Assembly: GCA_005888865.1 (NCBI GenBank)
Contig: VBCL01000119.1
Span: 1 to 46,099 of the forward strand
Direction: 5' to 3'
DNA length: 46,099 nt
Source: Betaproteobacteria bacterium
GTDB taxonomy: Bacteria > Pseudomonadota > Gammaproteobacteria > Burkholderiales > Casimicrobiaceae
Shown here: piece by piece, positions 7,569 to 15,558 of the stretch
Layout of the letters: each line of letters starts with the position of its first letter
Position numbering within the stretch: the stretch's first letter is position 1
Made by a program: the position numbers and the translations under genes
Notes under the pieces: generated by a model
Told to the model about the DNA's origin: nothing
What the model saw: the letters and a program-made list of their open reading frames with translations, nothing else
Database searches by the model: none

Positions 7569-8774
7569 CTAAAGCGTCGGATTGTCGCAGGGCAACCCGA
7601 GCGCGACGCGGCCGAAGGTCGTCGCCTGGGGCTCCCAGATCATCGAGATGTGCGCGGTCGCAGCGTGCACGTCGCGAAACGCACGTTGCAGCGGGTGATC
7701 GTCGAACAGCGCGCCACCGCCGCCGGCCTTGAACAGCACGTCGACCGCGCGCTCGCACAGTCCCGCGGTGAACGCGCCGTCGCGGCGCCACCTGACCTTG
7801 GTGGCGAGGTCGGGTACCTCGTTGCGGTCGGCGAAGCTTTGCGCTTCTTCGCAGTGGCTGCGCATGATGGTGCGCGCGGTGTCGATGCACGAAGCGGCTT
7901 CCGCGATCTTCATCTGGATCGCGGTCATGTCCGCGAGACTTTTGCCGGAGTAGCGGGCGACGCGATTTCGCATCCCGGCGAGGAAATCGTCGTACGCGCC
8001 TTGGGCGACGCCGAGCGCGACGCCGGTCAGCATGTATGGAAACGTGGCGAAGACCGGGATGCGGAAGATCGCGGCGGTGTTCACTTCCGCGCCGGGATGG
8101 TTCGCGCCACCGCGGGTCGCATCGACCGAAAGCGTGCGCGCCTCCTGGACGAACACATCGCTCGCTTCGACGTCGTTGCTGCCGGTGCCGCGCAAACCCA
8201 TCACGTGCCAGTTGTCGATGATCCGGTAATCCTCGCGCGGCAGAAGAAAGATTCGGTAGTCGCCGGCAGGTTCGCCGTCCTGCACGATACCGCCCAGCAT
8301 GTTCCAGCGACTCGGATCCACGCCGCTCGAAAACGGCCAACGGCCCGAGAGACGATAGCCGCCCGGCACGCGCGTCGCCTTGCCCGCAGGAAAAACCACC
8401 GACGAAGCGATGAGCATATCGGGATCGGTGTTCCAGATCTCGTCCTGGGTCGCGACCGGCCAGAACGCGAGCATCCAGTGATGCACCGCGTAGTTGACCC
8501 AATTCCACGCGGTCGAGGCACACGCTGCGGCGAGGCCCGACCCGATATCGATCAGCGAGACCCACGGCAGCTCGGAACCGCCGACTCGGCGCGGCTGCAG
8601 CACCCGCATCAGCCCCGATGCATGCAGCTCGCTTAAGGTTTCGTCAGGAATGCGCCGCGTGCGCTCCGTGAGCGGCGCGCGTTCCTTGAGCTTGGGCGCG
8701 AGCGCGCGAACGCTCGTCAGCGCCTGCTCGTAGGTGAGGACAGGCGCCGAACCTGCTTTGGGCAGCGCGGCCAA
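7569..8774 (-). CDS. Acyl-CoA-dehydrogenase-fold flavin-dependent monooxygenase (group D, HsaA / HpaH-C2-like oxygenase component)
   Basis: 401 aa. ...RRIPDETLSELHASGLMRVLQPRRVGGSE..., YRLSGRWPFSSG and the overall layout resemble two-component aromatic/steroid hydroxylase oxygenase subunits. The first codon in the track is TTG (8774-8772), with no nearby in-frame ATG and no clear RBS, so the start is uncertain. Confidence 0.75.
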   Translation of the reverse strand: MAALPKAGSAPVLTYEQALTSVRALAPKLKERAPLTERTRRIPDETLSELHASGLMRVLQPRRVGGSELPWVSLIDIGSGLAAACASTAWNWVNYAVHHWMLAFWPVATQDEIWNTDPDMLIASSVVFPAGKATRVPGGYRLSGRWPFSSGVDPSRWNMLGGIVQDGEPAGDYRIFLLPREDYRIIDNWHVMGLRGTGSNDVEASDVFVQEARTLSVDATRGGANHPGAEVNTAAIFRIPVFATFPYMLTGVALGVAQGAYDDFLAGMRNRVARYSGKSLADMTAIQMKIAEAASCIDTARTIMRSHCEEAQSFADRNEVPDLATKVRWRRDGAFTAGLCERAVDVLFKAGGGGALFDDHPLQRAFRDVHAATAHISMIWEPQATTFGRVALGLPCDNPTL

Positions 8775-8807
8775 AACGGTCGTATCGCGAGCTTACCGAA
8801 TCGACCG

Positions 8808-9302
8808 TCAGCGGAACGCTTCGGTCGTCGCCGCGGAGCGCTCCTTCGGTGCCTCCGACGCAGGAAAGTTGAGCTCGATCATCACGCCGTTGGGATCCTT
8901 GAGGAACATCTGATGCAGCCCCAGCGTCGGAACGCTGCGCTCGAAATATTTCAAGCCGGCGCGTCCGCAGCGTTCTACCATGCTCTCACGCCCCGTGACC
9001 GAGAGCGCGATGTGATCGAGCGAGCCCGTGCCCGCCTGCAGCGTCTCGGGATCGACGTATCCGACCGTGTCGACGAGGCCCTGCGGATCGTTGGGATCGA
9101 TCCCCATGACGTGGACGATGCCGTAATTGCCGTTCGAGTGCTCGAGATCCGCCGGCGGCTTGCCGTTGTACAGCCACAAGCCGGGAAACTTGAACTCGGG
9201 CCGCGGCCCTACCGTGAGGCCGATCACGTCGGTGTAGAACTTCCGCGACGCCTCGACGTCGAGCGTGCGGATCGAGTAGTGGTCGATGCGCTTGATCTCC
9301 AT
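8808..9302 (-). CDS. VOC (glyoxalase/bleomycin-resistance/extradiol-dioxygenase) family protein
   Basis: MEIKRIDHYSIRTLDVEASRKFYTDVIGL...LDHIALSV... is the classic paired beta-alpha-beta-beta-beta VOC pattern. I prefer the internal ATG at 9302. Confidence 0.8.
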   Translation of the reverse strand: MEIKRIDHYSIRTLDVEASRKFYTDVIGLTVGPRPEFKFPGLWLYNGKPPADLEHSNGNYGIVHVMGIDPNDPQGLVDTVGYVDPETLQAGTGSLDHIALSVTGRESMVERCGRAGLKYFERSVPTLGLHQMFLKDPNGVMIELNFPASEAPKERSAATTEAFR

Positions 9303-9413
9303 CGGATCCTCCTGGATTCTGCGATGCAATGGCGCCAATCCTGCGCCGCCACCAAGGCGGGCCGAATGAATGCGGCGCGGTGTCTCCTAAGCTAGCGGTG
9401 GCCCCCAGCGGTG

Positions 9414-11103
9414 TCAAGCAGCATGCGGGATGACCGGGAGCAATAGATACGACGCACGCGCTCCGCCCGCGAAAATCGTGTTGGTACCGGTATTGTAGTC
9501 GGCCGCGTAGTGCGTGTAGGGCGCGCTGCCAACGCCGTCGCGCGGCTGAATGTCGAGCCGAATCCGGTGACCACGCTTGAACACCATCGAGGTCGGCCAG
9601 ATCTCGACTTCGACGCGCACCGGCGTGCCCGGATCGAGCATCTCGCGCTCCGTATGTGCGTGATAAGGCCGATAGGGCAGCGACAATGCCGGGTCGAGCT
9701 TGCGATGCGACGCGCGGAGCCAGCCTTTGGCCACCGGAACGGACTGGCTCTGCTGGCCCATCTCGAAGACATCGCTGCCGTCGGGCGCAATGTTGCGGAT
9801 CGTCGCGAAGATATCCATATCCTCGGTGGCTGCTGGCGATCCACAGCACCAACGCCACTGGACCTGTCACTTCGGTGTCGTCGCGCAGCGGCTCGGTTTC
9901 GAACGACACACCCATCTGCGGCAGGCTGCCGGCGAGCGCGGTGGAGGTCCATGACGCGCTGGCAACACCGGCCTTGGTCATGCCGCTTGCGGAGTAGGAG
10001 ACCGAAACCGTCTTGCGTGGTGCTTCCGCGACGAGTCGGCCAGTCTTTTCGTCGCCGTTGCGTGCGTGGGGCTGCAGGAAGAGCCGGGTCCAGCGCGTAC
10101 GCTCGAGCGGCCATTCGTTTTCGAACCGCCATTCGGAATTGCCGTGGCCGCCCTTGCGGATCAGCAGCTTGACCGGCGGCTCGGACATGATCCCGGTATC
10201 GATGCCTTTGAGCCAATGATCGAAGAACCGCAGCTGGTCGAGTCGGCCCTCTTCCGAATAGAACGGGTGATAGTGCGTCCCCGCATGAATGCGCAGTTTC
10301 TTGTGCTTCGACGCGGCGCGAATGTAGCCTTCGGTGTTGCCGCGAAGATGCAGTCCCATGCCGCTCCAGTTGCCGGCGCTGTAGAACGGAATGTCGATGT
10401 CTTCCCACTGCGCGCGGCGGCCGTGGTACCACTCACCGTCCAGGTTGTAGCGCATGTACTCCCAGATCCACGGCGTCGCGAAGGCATCCGGCGAGCTCGC
10501 CTGCGGCTTGCCCAGCAGGTGATGCGCCATGTGGTTGTTGTACCAGTTCACGACGAACGTGAACGAAAAGATTCCGCCGTGATAGGCGAAGTCGCGGTAC
10601 ATGTCGGCCGCGCCTTCCCACGGAATCATCGCTTTCAGCGAGGGCGGCCGAAGCCCAGCCACCAGCCACTGCGTCATCGCGAAATACGATACCCCGCTGG
10701 TTCCTACCCGGCCATTGCTCCACGGCTGCCTGCCGGCCCATTCGATGGCATCGTAAAAATCGCCTGCCTCGATCGGCGACCACGGGTCGGTGCGACCCGG
10801 TGACTTGCCGCTGCCACGGCTGTCGACCCGCAGCGCAACGTAACCGCGCGGGACCCACCACAGCGGGTTCACCGTCTCCCAGTTCATGTACGGGTTTGGC
10901 GCCTCCTCCAGGTCGGCGGGAGGCACCCACAGCTTGTCCTTCTGGTACGAACCGAGATTGACGATGACGGGAAAGCGCCCCGGTGTCCGCGGACGGAAGA
11001 CGTCGGCTTTGAGCCGAGCGCCGTCGCGCATGGGAATCTCGAGATCCTTCTCGACGACCAGATCGTGGCGCGGCTGCGAGCCGCGAGAACGCGGCCTGGC
11101 CAT
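9414..11103 (-). pseudogene. CocE/NonD family hydrolase (S15 X-Pro dipeptidyl-peptidase fold) interrupted by a 1-nt frameshift near 9828
   Basis: The N-terminal 425 aa (frame of ORF 8986..11103) read like CocE/NonD: DGARLKADVFRP..., nucleophile box GTSGVSYFA, up to ...GPVALVLWIASS. The same frame then degenerates into an Arg-rich tail. The family C-terminal domain (TEDMDIFATIRNIAPDG...IWPTSMVFKRGHRIRLDIQP...) continues in the ORF 9414..9818 frame. Junction: AGC AGC [C] ACC GAG GAT ATG. Confidence 0.8.
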
Positions 11104-11116
11104 CAGCCGGAAGTGC

Positions 11117-12103
11117 TCATTCGATCTTCACCTTGTGCTCGCTCACGACTTGCGCCCAGGTTCGCGTCTCGGCGCGAACCTCCTCGGTGAACGCCTGCGG
11201 TGAACCCGACAAGGAGACCGTCATCATCTGCTTGGAGAGCGCTTCCTTCATCTCCGGCTTGGAGAGCGCGGCCACCACGGCCGCGTGCAGCTTGTCGAGA
11301 ATAGGCTTGGGGGTTGCCGCCGGCGCGAACAGCGCCTGCCAAGCATTGGTGCCGATGCCTGGGAAGCCCTGCTCGGCCATCGTCGGAACCGAAGGCAGCT
11401 CGGGGAGCCGCGTCGGCATGGTGGTCGCGATCGCCTTGATTCGGCCTGCCTTGACCTGCTCGATGGTCGACGCGAGATTGATGAACGAGAGCTGCACCTC
11501 GCCGGACATCAGCGCCGGAAGCATCTGGCCGGCGCCGCCCTTGTAGGGAATGTGTATCACGTCGATGCCGGCGGCTTTCGCGAACCGGAGCATGTCGAGA
11601 TGCGGATAGGTGCCGATGCCCGCCGACGCATAGTTGAGCTTGCCAGGGTTCTTCTTCGCCCACTCGATCACCTCGGCCACGGTGTTGGGCGGAAACGACG
11701 TCGCCGCCACGAGCACGTGCGGGATCTCGACCAGTTTCGAGATGCCGACAAGATCGCGCGATGGTTGGGTCTGCAACACTCCTGCGAACGTGCTCTCGTT
11801 GATCGCGTTGGTGGAGACGTTGCCGACCAACAACGTGTAGCCGTCCGGCGCGGCCTTCGCCTCGGCTTCGAGCGCGATGTTGCCCGACGCACCCGCGCGG
11901 TTGTCGACCACGAAGGGCTGGCCGAGCGCTTGCTCGAGCTTGGCTGCAAGCTGCCGCGCAATGATATCGGTCGCGCCGCCCGGCGCATACGGCACGAGCA
12001 ACTTGACCGGACGACTCGGATACGGCTCGGCGGATTGCGCCGCGGCAAGCAGTGGCAATATCGCCGCGAGGACGGCGAACGCGAAGCGCTGCAAGCCCGA
12101 CAT
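11117..12103 (-). CDS. Bug family (TctC-like) periplasmic solute receptor of a tripartite tricarboxylate transporter
   Basis: Signal peptide MSGLQRFAFAVLAAILPLLAAAQS followed by YPSRPVKLLVPYAPGGATDIIAR...VDNRAGASG..., which are Bug-family hallmarks. The start at ATG 12103 is preferred (alternatives 12145 and 12193). The stop lies 13 bp upstream of the hydrolase start. Confidence 0.85.
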   Translation of the reverse strand: MSGLQRFAFAVLAAILPLLAAAQSAEPYPSRPVKLLVPYAPGGATDIIARQLAAKLEQALGQPFVVDNRAGASGNIALEAEAKAAPDGYTLLVGNVSTNAINESTFAGVLQTQPSRDLVGISKLVEIPHVLVAATSFPPNTVAEVIEWAKKNPGKLNYASAGIGTYPHLDMLRFAKAAGIDVIHIPYKGGAGQMLPALMSGEVQLSFINLASTIEQVKAGRIKAIATTMPTRLPELPSVPTMAEQGFPGIGTNAWQALFAPAATPKPILDKLHAAVVAALSKPEMKEALSKQMMTVSLSGSPQAFTEEVRAETRTWAQVVSEHKVKIE

Positions 12104-12407
12104 ATCGGGCGCGCAAATTCGACGACCGGTCGCGAGTCGATCCATGATCTCCACCTCCGTGGCGGGCCGAAGACGACTCAGAGTCGGTGCCATTCCGGCT
12201 CGCTCTTTCGGTTGGCGCCCGTCTTCGGGTCATGATACCCCCCGTTCGAGCGACACCAATGCCGCTTCGTCATTGGAGCCATACGGATCCGGTATCGATG
12301 CCCCGCGCGATGCCGGTAACGCAGCACATGGTCAGATTTGTGTGCCGCGCGCGGGGTCGGTACCATCCGAATCAAGTCGCAATTCAGCGCAAACGGAGAT
12401 CAAGCCG

Positions 12408-13442
12408 ATGACCGAGAGCTCCGCCGATCGACACGATCACGCACCGGCGCCGAAACAGGCTCGGCGGGTCGTCGATATCCACGCCCATTGGTATCCCGCC
12501 GACTGGCTCAGGCTGTTCGAACGCGACGGCCCGGCCGAAGGCGCAAAGCTCGAGCGCATGGCAAGCGGCTATACCATCCGAACCGACCGCATCGTCAACG
12601 CCTTTACCGAACAGTTCGTCGATCTTGGGCTTCGCCTCGACGGCATGGACCGGCAGCGGGTGGATGTCCATGCCATGTCGCTCACGGCGCCGATGGTGTA
12701 TTGGGCCTCGCCCGGATTCGGACTCGCGCTCGCGCAGGCCTACAACGATTCCGCGGCAGCGGCGCATGCCAGGCATCCAGACCGCTTCGTGGGTCTCGCG
12801 ATGCTCCCCATGCAGGCGCCCGACCTTGCGCTCGAGGAACTCGAGCGCGCCGCCAAGCTGCCCGGGATGCGAGGAATGTATCTCGCCACCCATGTCAACA
12901 ACATAGACCTGGACGATCGACGGTTCTGGGACATCTATGCCAAGGCGGAAGAACTGGGCTGGACGATCTTTCTGCACCCGATCGATACCATCGGCCGCGA
13001 GCGAACGACGCGCTATTACCTCAAAAACCTTCTCGGCAATCCCTACGACACCGGCGTGGCGGCGGCTTCGCTCATCTTCGGCGGCGTGCTCGACGCATTT
13101 CCGAATCTGGAGATTAACCTTCCGCACGCGGGCGGGACGTTCCCGTGGCTCATCGGTCGCCTCGACCACGGCACCAAGGTGCGTCCCGAACTGAAGCACA
13201 TGAAACAATTGCCAAGCGGGTATTTGAGGCGATTCACGTACGACACGATAGGACACAACGACCAGATCAACACCAACCTGATTCGCCTGGTCGGCGCTGA
13301 CCGGGTCGTATTGGGAAGCGACTACTGTTTCGACATGGGGCTCACGGATCCGTTGGGCGATCTCGAGCGCCTCGATGCGCTCACTGCGGACCAGCGCGAG
13401 CTCATCGCGGGCGAGACGGCGGCGAGACTCCTGCGTCTGTAG
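12408..13442 (+). CDS. Amidohydrolase_2 / ACMSD-family metal-dependent decarboxylase or hydratase
   Basis: MTESS...RVVDIHAHWYP (HxH metal motif), ...FLHP..., ...GSDYCFDMG. GGAG sits 9 nt upstream of ATG 12408. The 5' part of ORF 11877..13442 is antisense to the Bug gene and is rejected. Confidence 0.85.
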   Translation: MTESSADRHDHAPAPKQARRVVDIHAHWYPADWLRLFERDGPAEGAKLERMASGYTIRTDRIVNAFTEQFVDLGLRLDGMDRQRVDVHAMSLTAPMVYWASPGFGLALAQAYNDSAAAAHARHPDRFVGLAMLPMQAPDLALEELERAAKLPGMRGMYLATHVNNIDLDDRRFWDIYAKAEELGWTIFLHPIDTIGRERTTRYYLKNLLGNPYDTGVAAASLIFGGVLDAFPNLEINLPHAGGTFPWLIGRLDHGTKVRPELKHMKQLPSGYLRRFTYDTIGHNDQINTNLIRLVGADRVVLGSDYCFDMGLTDPLGDLERLDALTADQRELIAGETAARLLRL

Positions 13443-13485
13443 CCCGAAGATGAGTGAAGCGACCCTCAGGATTGACCTGCGACGC

Positions 13486-13560
13486 CTCGCTTCCGCGGGT
13501 GCCCCCGATGCTCGCTCGCGGGACCCGCGGGTGCTCGGCACCCCACTCGCTTCCGCGGGT
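13486..13560. repeat. GC-rich intergenic repeat block: CTCGCTTCCGCGGGT direct repeat 60 bp apart, flanking the palindrome CGCGGGACCCGCG
   Basis: Exact 15-mers at 13486-13500 and 13546-13560. The motifs ACCCGCGGAAGCGAGTGGGG (reverse strand) recur in related form at 28.75-28.85 kb and in the 7.1-kb units (CGAGTGGG core). Confidence 0.55.
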
Positions 13561-13606
13561 TTCCCGCTCGCTTGCTCTTACGCGAACATCTCAGCCGGGT
13601 GATGCG

Positions 13607-14029
13607 TCAGGCTTTCAGTCCCGCGGCCACCAGACCCGCCAGTGCGCATTCCTCGTCGCGATCCGATGTGTCGCCGCTGATCCCGATCGCGCCGATCACG
13701 TTGCGCTCTTCGTCGTAGAGAAGCACTGCGCCCGCAGCGGGAGCCATCCGGCCTTGCGCGACGGCGGCGAGCGCGCCGAAAAACGCGGGCGCCTTTTGCG
13801 CGCGTTCGGCGATCTCCCGGCTCGCGTAACCCATGCCAAGCGCGCCCCACGCTTTCGCGCGCGCGATGTCCACGCGAAGGATGCCTGAGCGGTCCTGTCG
13901 CTGCACCGCGACCTCGTGGCCTCCCGCATCGAGCACGACCACCGTCAGTGGCGCGCAGGCAAGCTCGCTTGCTCGGGCAAGCGCACCATCAAGTACTCGA
14001 AGCGCCAACTCCAGCGTAAGTCTCGTCAT
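13607..14029 (-). CDS. GlcG/HbpS-like (DUF336) heme-binding protein
   Basis: 140 aa. ...ARAKAWGALGMG... and ...VIGAIGISGDTSDRDEECA... are typical of the family. Confidence 0.85.
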   Translation of the reverse strand: MTRLTLELALRVLDGALARASELACAPLTVVVLDAGGHEVAVQRQDRSGILRVDIARAKAWGALGMGYASREIAERAQKAPAFFGALAAVAQGRMAPAAGAVLLYDEERNVIGAIGISGDTSDRDEECALAGLVAAGLKA

Positions 14030-14053
14030 TCGCCGATGCGGCGAGTCAGAAGT

Positions 14054-14578
14054 TCACGAAGTGCGCCGAGGGCCCGAGAGCGGGTCCCCGGACGTGCCTG
14101 CCCGCGTCGGATTGTGATCCGAAACCGTCACGACGAGCTCGAGACGGCTGCGGTAGCCTGCGGGCAGTCCATGCTCGCGAGCGCCCGCGATGACCAGCGC
14201 CTTGTACCAATGGTACGGGCGAAGCGATGGGTCCTTATCGATCGCGTAATACATCACCGCGGTGACCGGCCCGGCGTCCGTCGACACCTGCACCGTCTTG
14301 TCCATGTAGCCGGCGCCGAGCCCCTCGGCACGGTCGAGCGCAGGCTTTTCGTCGGGGTCGAGCTCGAATACAACGCCCCAAACGACATCCTCCTGGCGGC
14401 CGGTGGCTTCGGCATCGCATTTGCCCGAACCGTCGTGCCCGCTGCGCTTGTCCCAGCGAAGTTCATGGCCTCCCAGTCGGCCGATGCCGATGGCCGTAGC
14501 GGAAGGCACCCGCTCGCGCAGCCGATCCGTCAGCATGTTGGAGCCATAGGCGAAATAGCGAACAGGAGGTGTGGCCAT
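14054..14578 (-). CDS. Gamma-glutamylcyclotransferase-like (AIG2/GGCT fold) protein
   Basis: MATPPVRYFAYGSNML... (YGSN motif) and ...VWGVVFEL...LDRAEG... I prefer the internal ATG at 14578. Confidence 0.8.
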   Translation of the reverse strand: MATPPVRYFAYGSNMLTDRLRERVPSATAIGIGRLGGHELRWDKRSGHDGSGKCDAEATGRQEDVVWGVVFELDPDEKPALDRAEGLGAGYMDKTVQVSTDAGPVTAVMYYAIDKDPSLRPYHWYKALVIAGAREHGLPAGYRSRLELVVTVSDHNPTRAGTSGDPLSGPRRTS

Positions 14579-14601
14579 CGCTTGTCCGGTACGAAGTGTT
14601 A

Positions 14602-14620
14602 CTGGAACCGCGTGTTCCAG
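14602..14620. promoter_or_regulatory. Perfect 7-5-7 palindrome CTGGAAC-CGCGT-GTTCCAG in a divergent intergenic region (candidate operator)
   Basis: Read directly. It sits 24 bp upstream of the GGCT start and 169 bp upstream of the small ORF at 14789. Its function is inferred only. Confidence 0.3.
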
Positions 14621-14788
14621 CATTGTGCAACCAACGAAGCCCGCCGTCGAGACCGGATCGGAAGATTCTGGAAGTCAGGGCCATTGGGCACTGTTGATGA
14701 CAATTCGTTAGTCCCCCAAATACCGCCACTTGTTCGCCAGTCATCTAACGGACGCTGCACACATGGCATTATCGCTCGCGACGTCACG

Positions 14789-15052
14789 ATGAGCCTGCCT
14801 ATGACCCAAAACCATGCGCTGAAACCGTTACCCGCTGGCGACTCGACCGACAAGGTCGCTTTGTTCACACCGCGGCTGACGCGCGAGCAGCTCGAGTGCC
14901 TGGGCCGCTGCGCGAAGGGCATTTCGATCCGCTTTGAAAGATCCGAGCTCGTCGACGCGTTGGTTGCCGGCGGTTATGCCGAGCAAGGCGTGGCCGGCGT
15001 CGTCACGGTGACGGCCAAGGGTCTGGAATACCTGCGCACACACGCGAGCTAG
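14789..15052 (+). CDS. Small hypothetical protein (87 aa), possibly a minimal winged-helix DNA-binding protein
   Basis: Only the last 87 codons of ORF 13916..15052 lie outside other genes. LTREQLECLGRCAKG...SELVDALVAGGYAEQGVAGVVTVTAKGLEYL resembles a helix-turn-helix plus wing layout. The local DNA is lower in GC. I recognise no family. Confidence 0.4.
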   Translation: MSLPMTQNHALKPLPAGDSTDKVALFTPRLTREQLECLGRCAKGISIRFERSELVDALVAGGYAEQGVAGVVTVTAKGLEYLRTHAS

Positions 15053-15107
15053 AGGCGTTTCAAGTGAAAACGAATCTCACACACTACCGCGTCCTTTCGC
15101 TCAAAAG

Positions 15108-15494
15108 ATGAGCACAGAAACGTCCATCTACCGCCGGCACGCCGCTTTGGTTTACGCCGTCGCGGGTCCCACAGACCAAAGCAAGGCGGAGGAGCCGGTT
15201 ACGCCGCCCGCACCGGTCGACTTCACCCGACGCCGCAAGGCATCACCCGTTGCGCGTCTGTTGCCGAGCACGCAGAAATGGCTCGACGCCTTGCCACGTC
15301 GGGTCCGGCCGCACTCGCTTTGCGAGTCGTACCCTCGCATCGCCAATCTCATCGCGGCGATGTGGGGAGACGCGGAAGGTCTGAAGGCGTACTTCGAAGA
15401 ATTGCTCATCGATCGCCGAGGCAACCGAAGAGGCTTTACGCCCGAAGTTGCCAACGACTTGCGGGCGCTGCAGCTCTATCGCGCATCCCTGTAG
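15108..15494 (+). CDS. Hypothetical protein (128 aa) with a conserved-looking C-terminal half
   Basis: ATG-start ORF. The C-terminal YPRIANLIAAMWGDAEGLKAYFEELLIDRRGNRRGFTPEVANDLRAL resembles, from memory, small uncharacterised proteobacterial proteins. Function unknown. Confidence 0.55.
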   Translation: MSTETSIYRRHAALVYAVAGPTDQSKAEEPVTPPAPVDFTRRRKASPVARLLPSTQKWLDALPRRVRPHSLCESYPRIANLIAAMWGDAEGLKAYFEELLIDRRGNRRGFTPEVANDLRALQLYRASL

Positions 15495-15558
15495 CGTCCG
15501 ATGAGCAGGCGCCGCCGCCGACAGCGCCACCTTTAAGGCATAGCCGGGTCGAAACGTT

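Noticed and set aside
8986-11103. A 705-aa ORF taken at face value as one protein that would overlap the VOC gene.
   Set aside because: Only the first 425 or so residues are hydrolase-like. The remainder is Arg-rich nonsense produced by a frameshift, and the real C-terminal domain is in ORF 9414..9818.
11877-12407. 5' extensions of real genes in the ORF track: 11877..12407 for the amidohydrolase, 29694..30059 for chaC, 13916..14788 for the small ORF, 42813..43196 for hemA, and 1188..1310 for cysS.
   Set aside because: The extensions overlap other genes or have poor codon bias and Arg-rich composition. Internal ATGs give N-termini that match family expectations, some with visible RBS.
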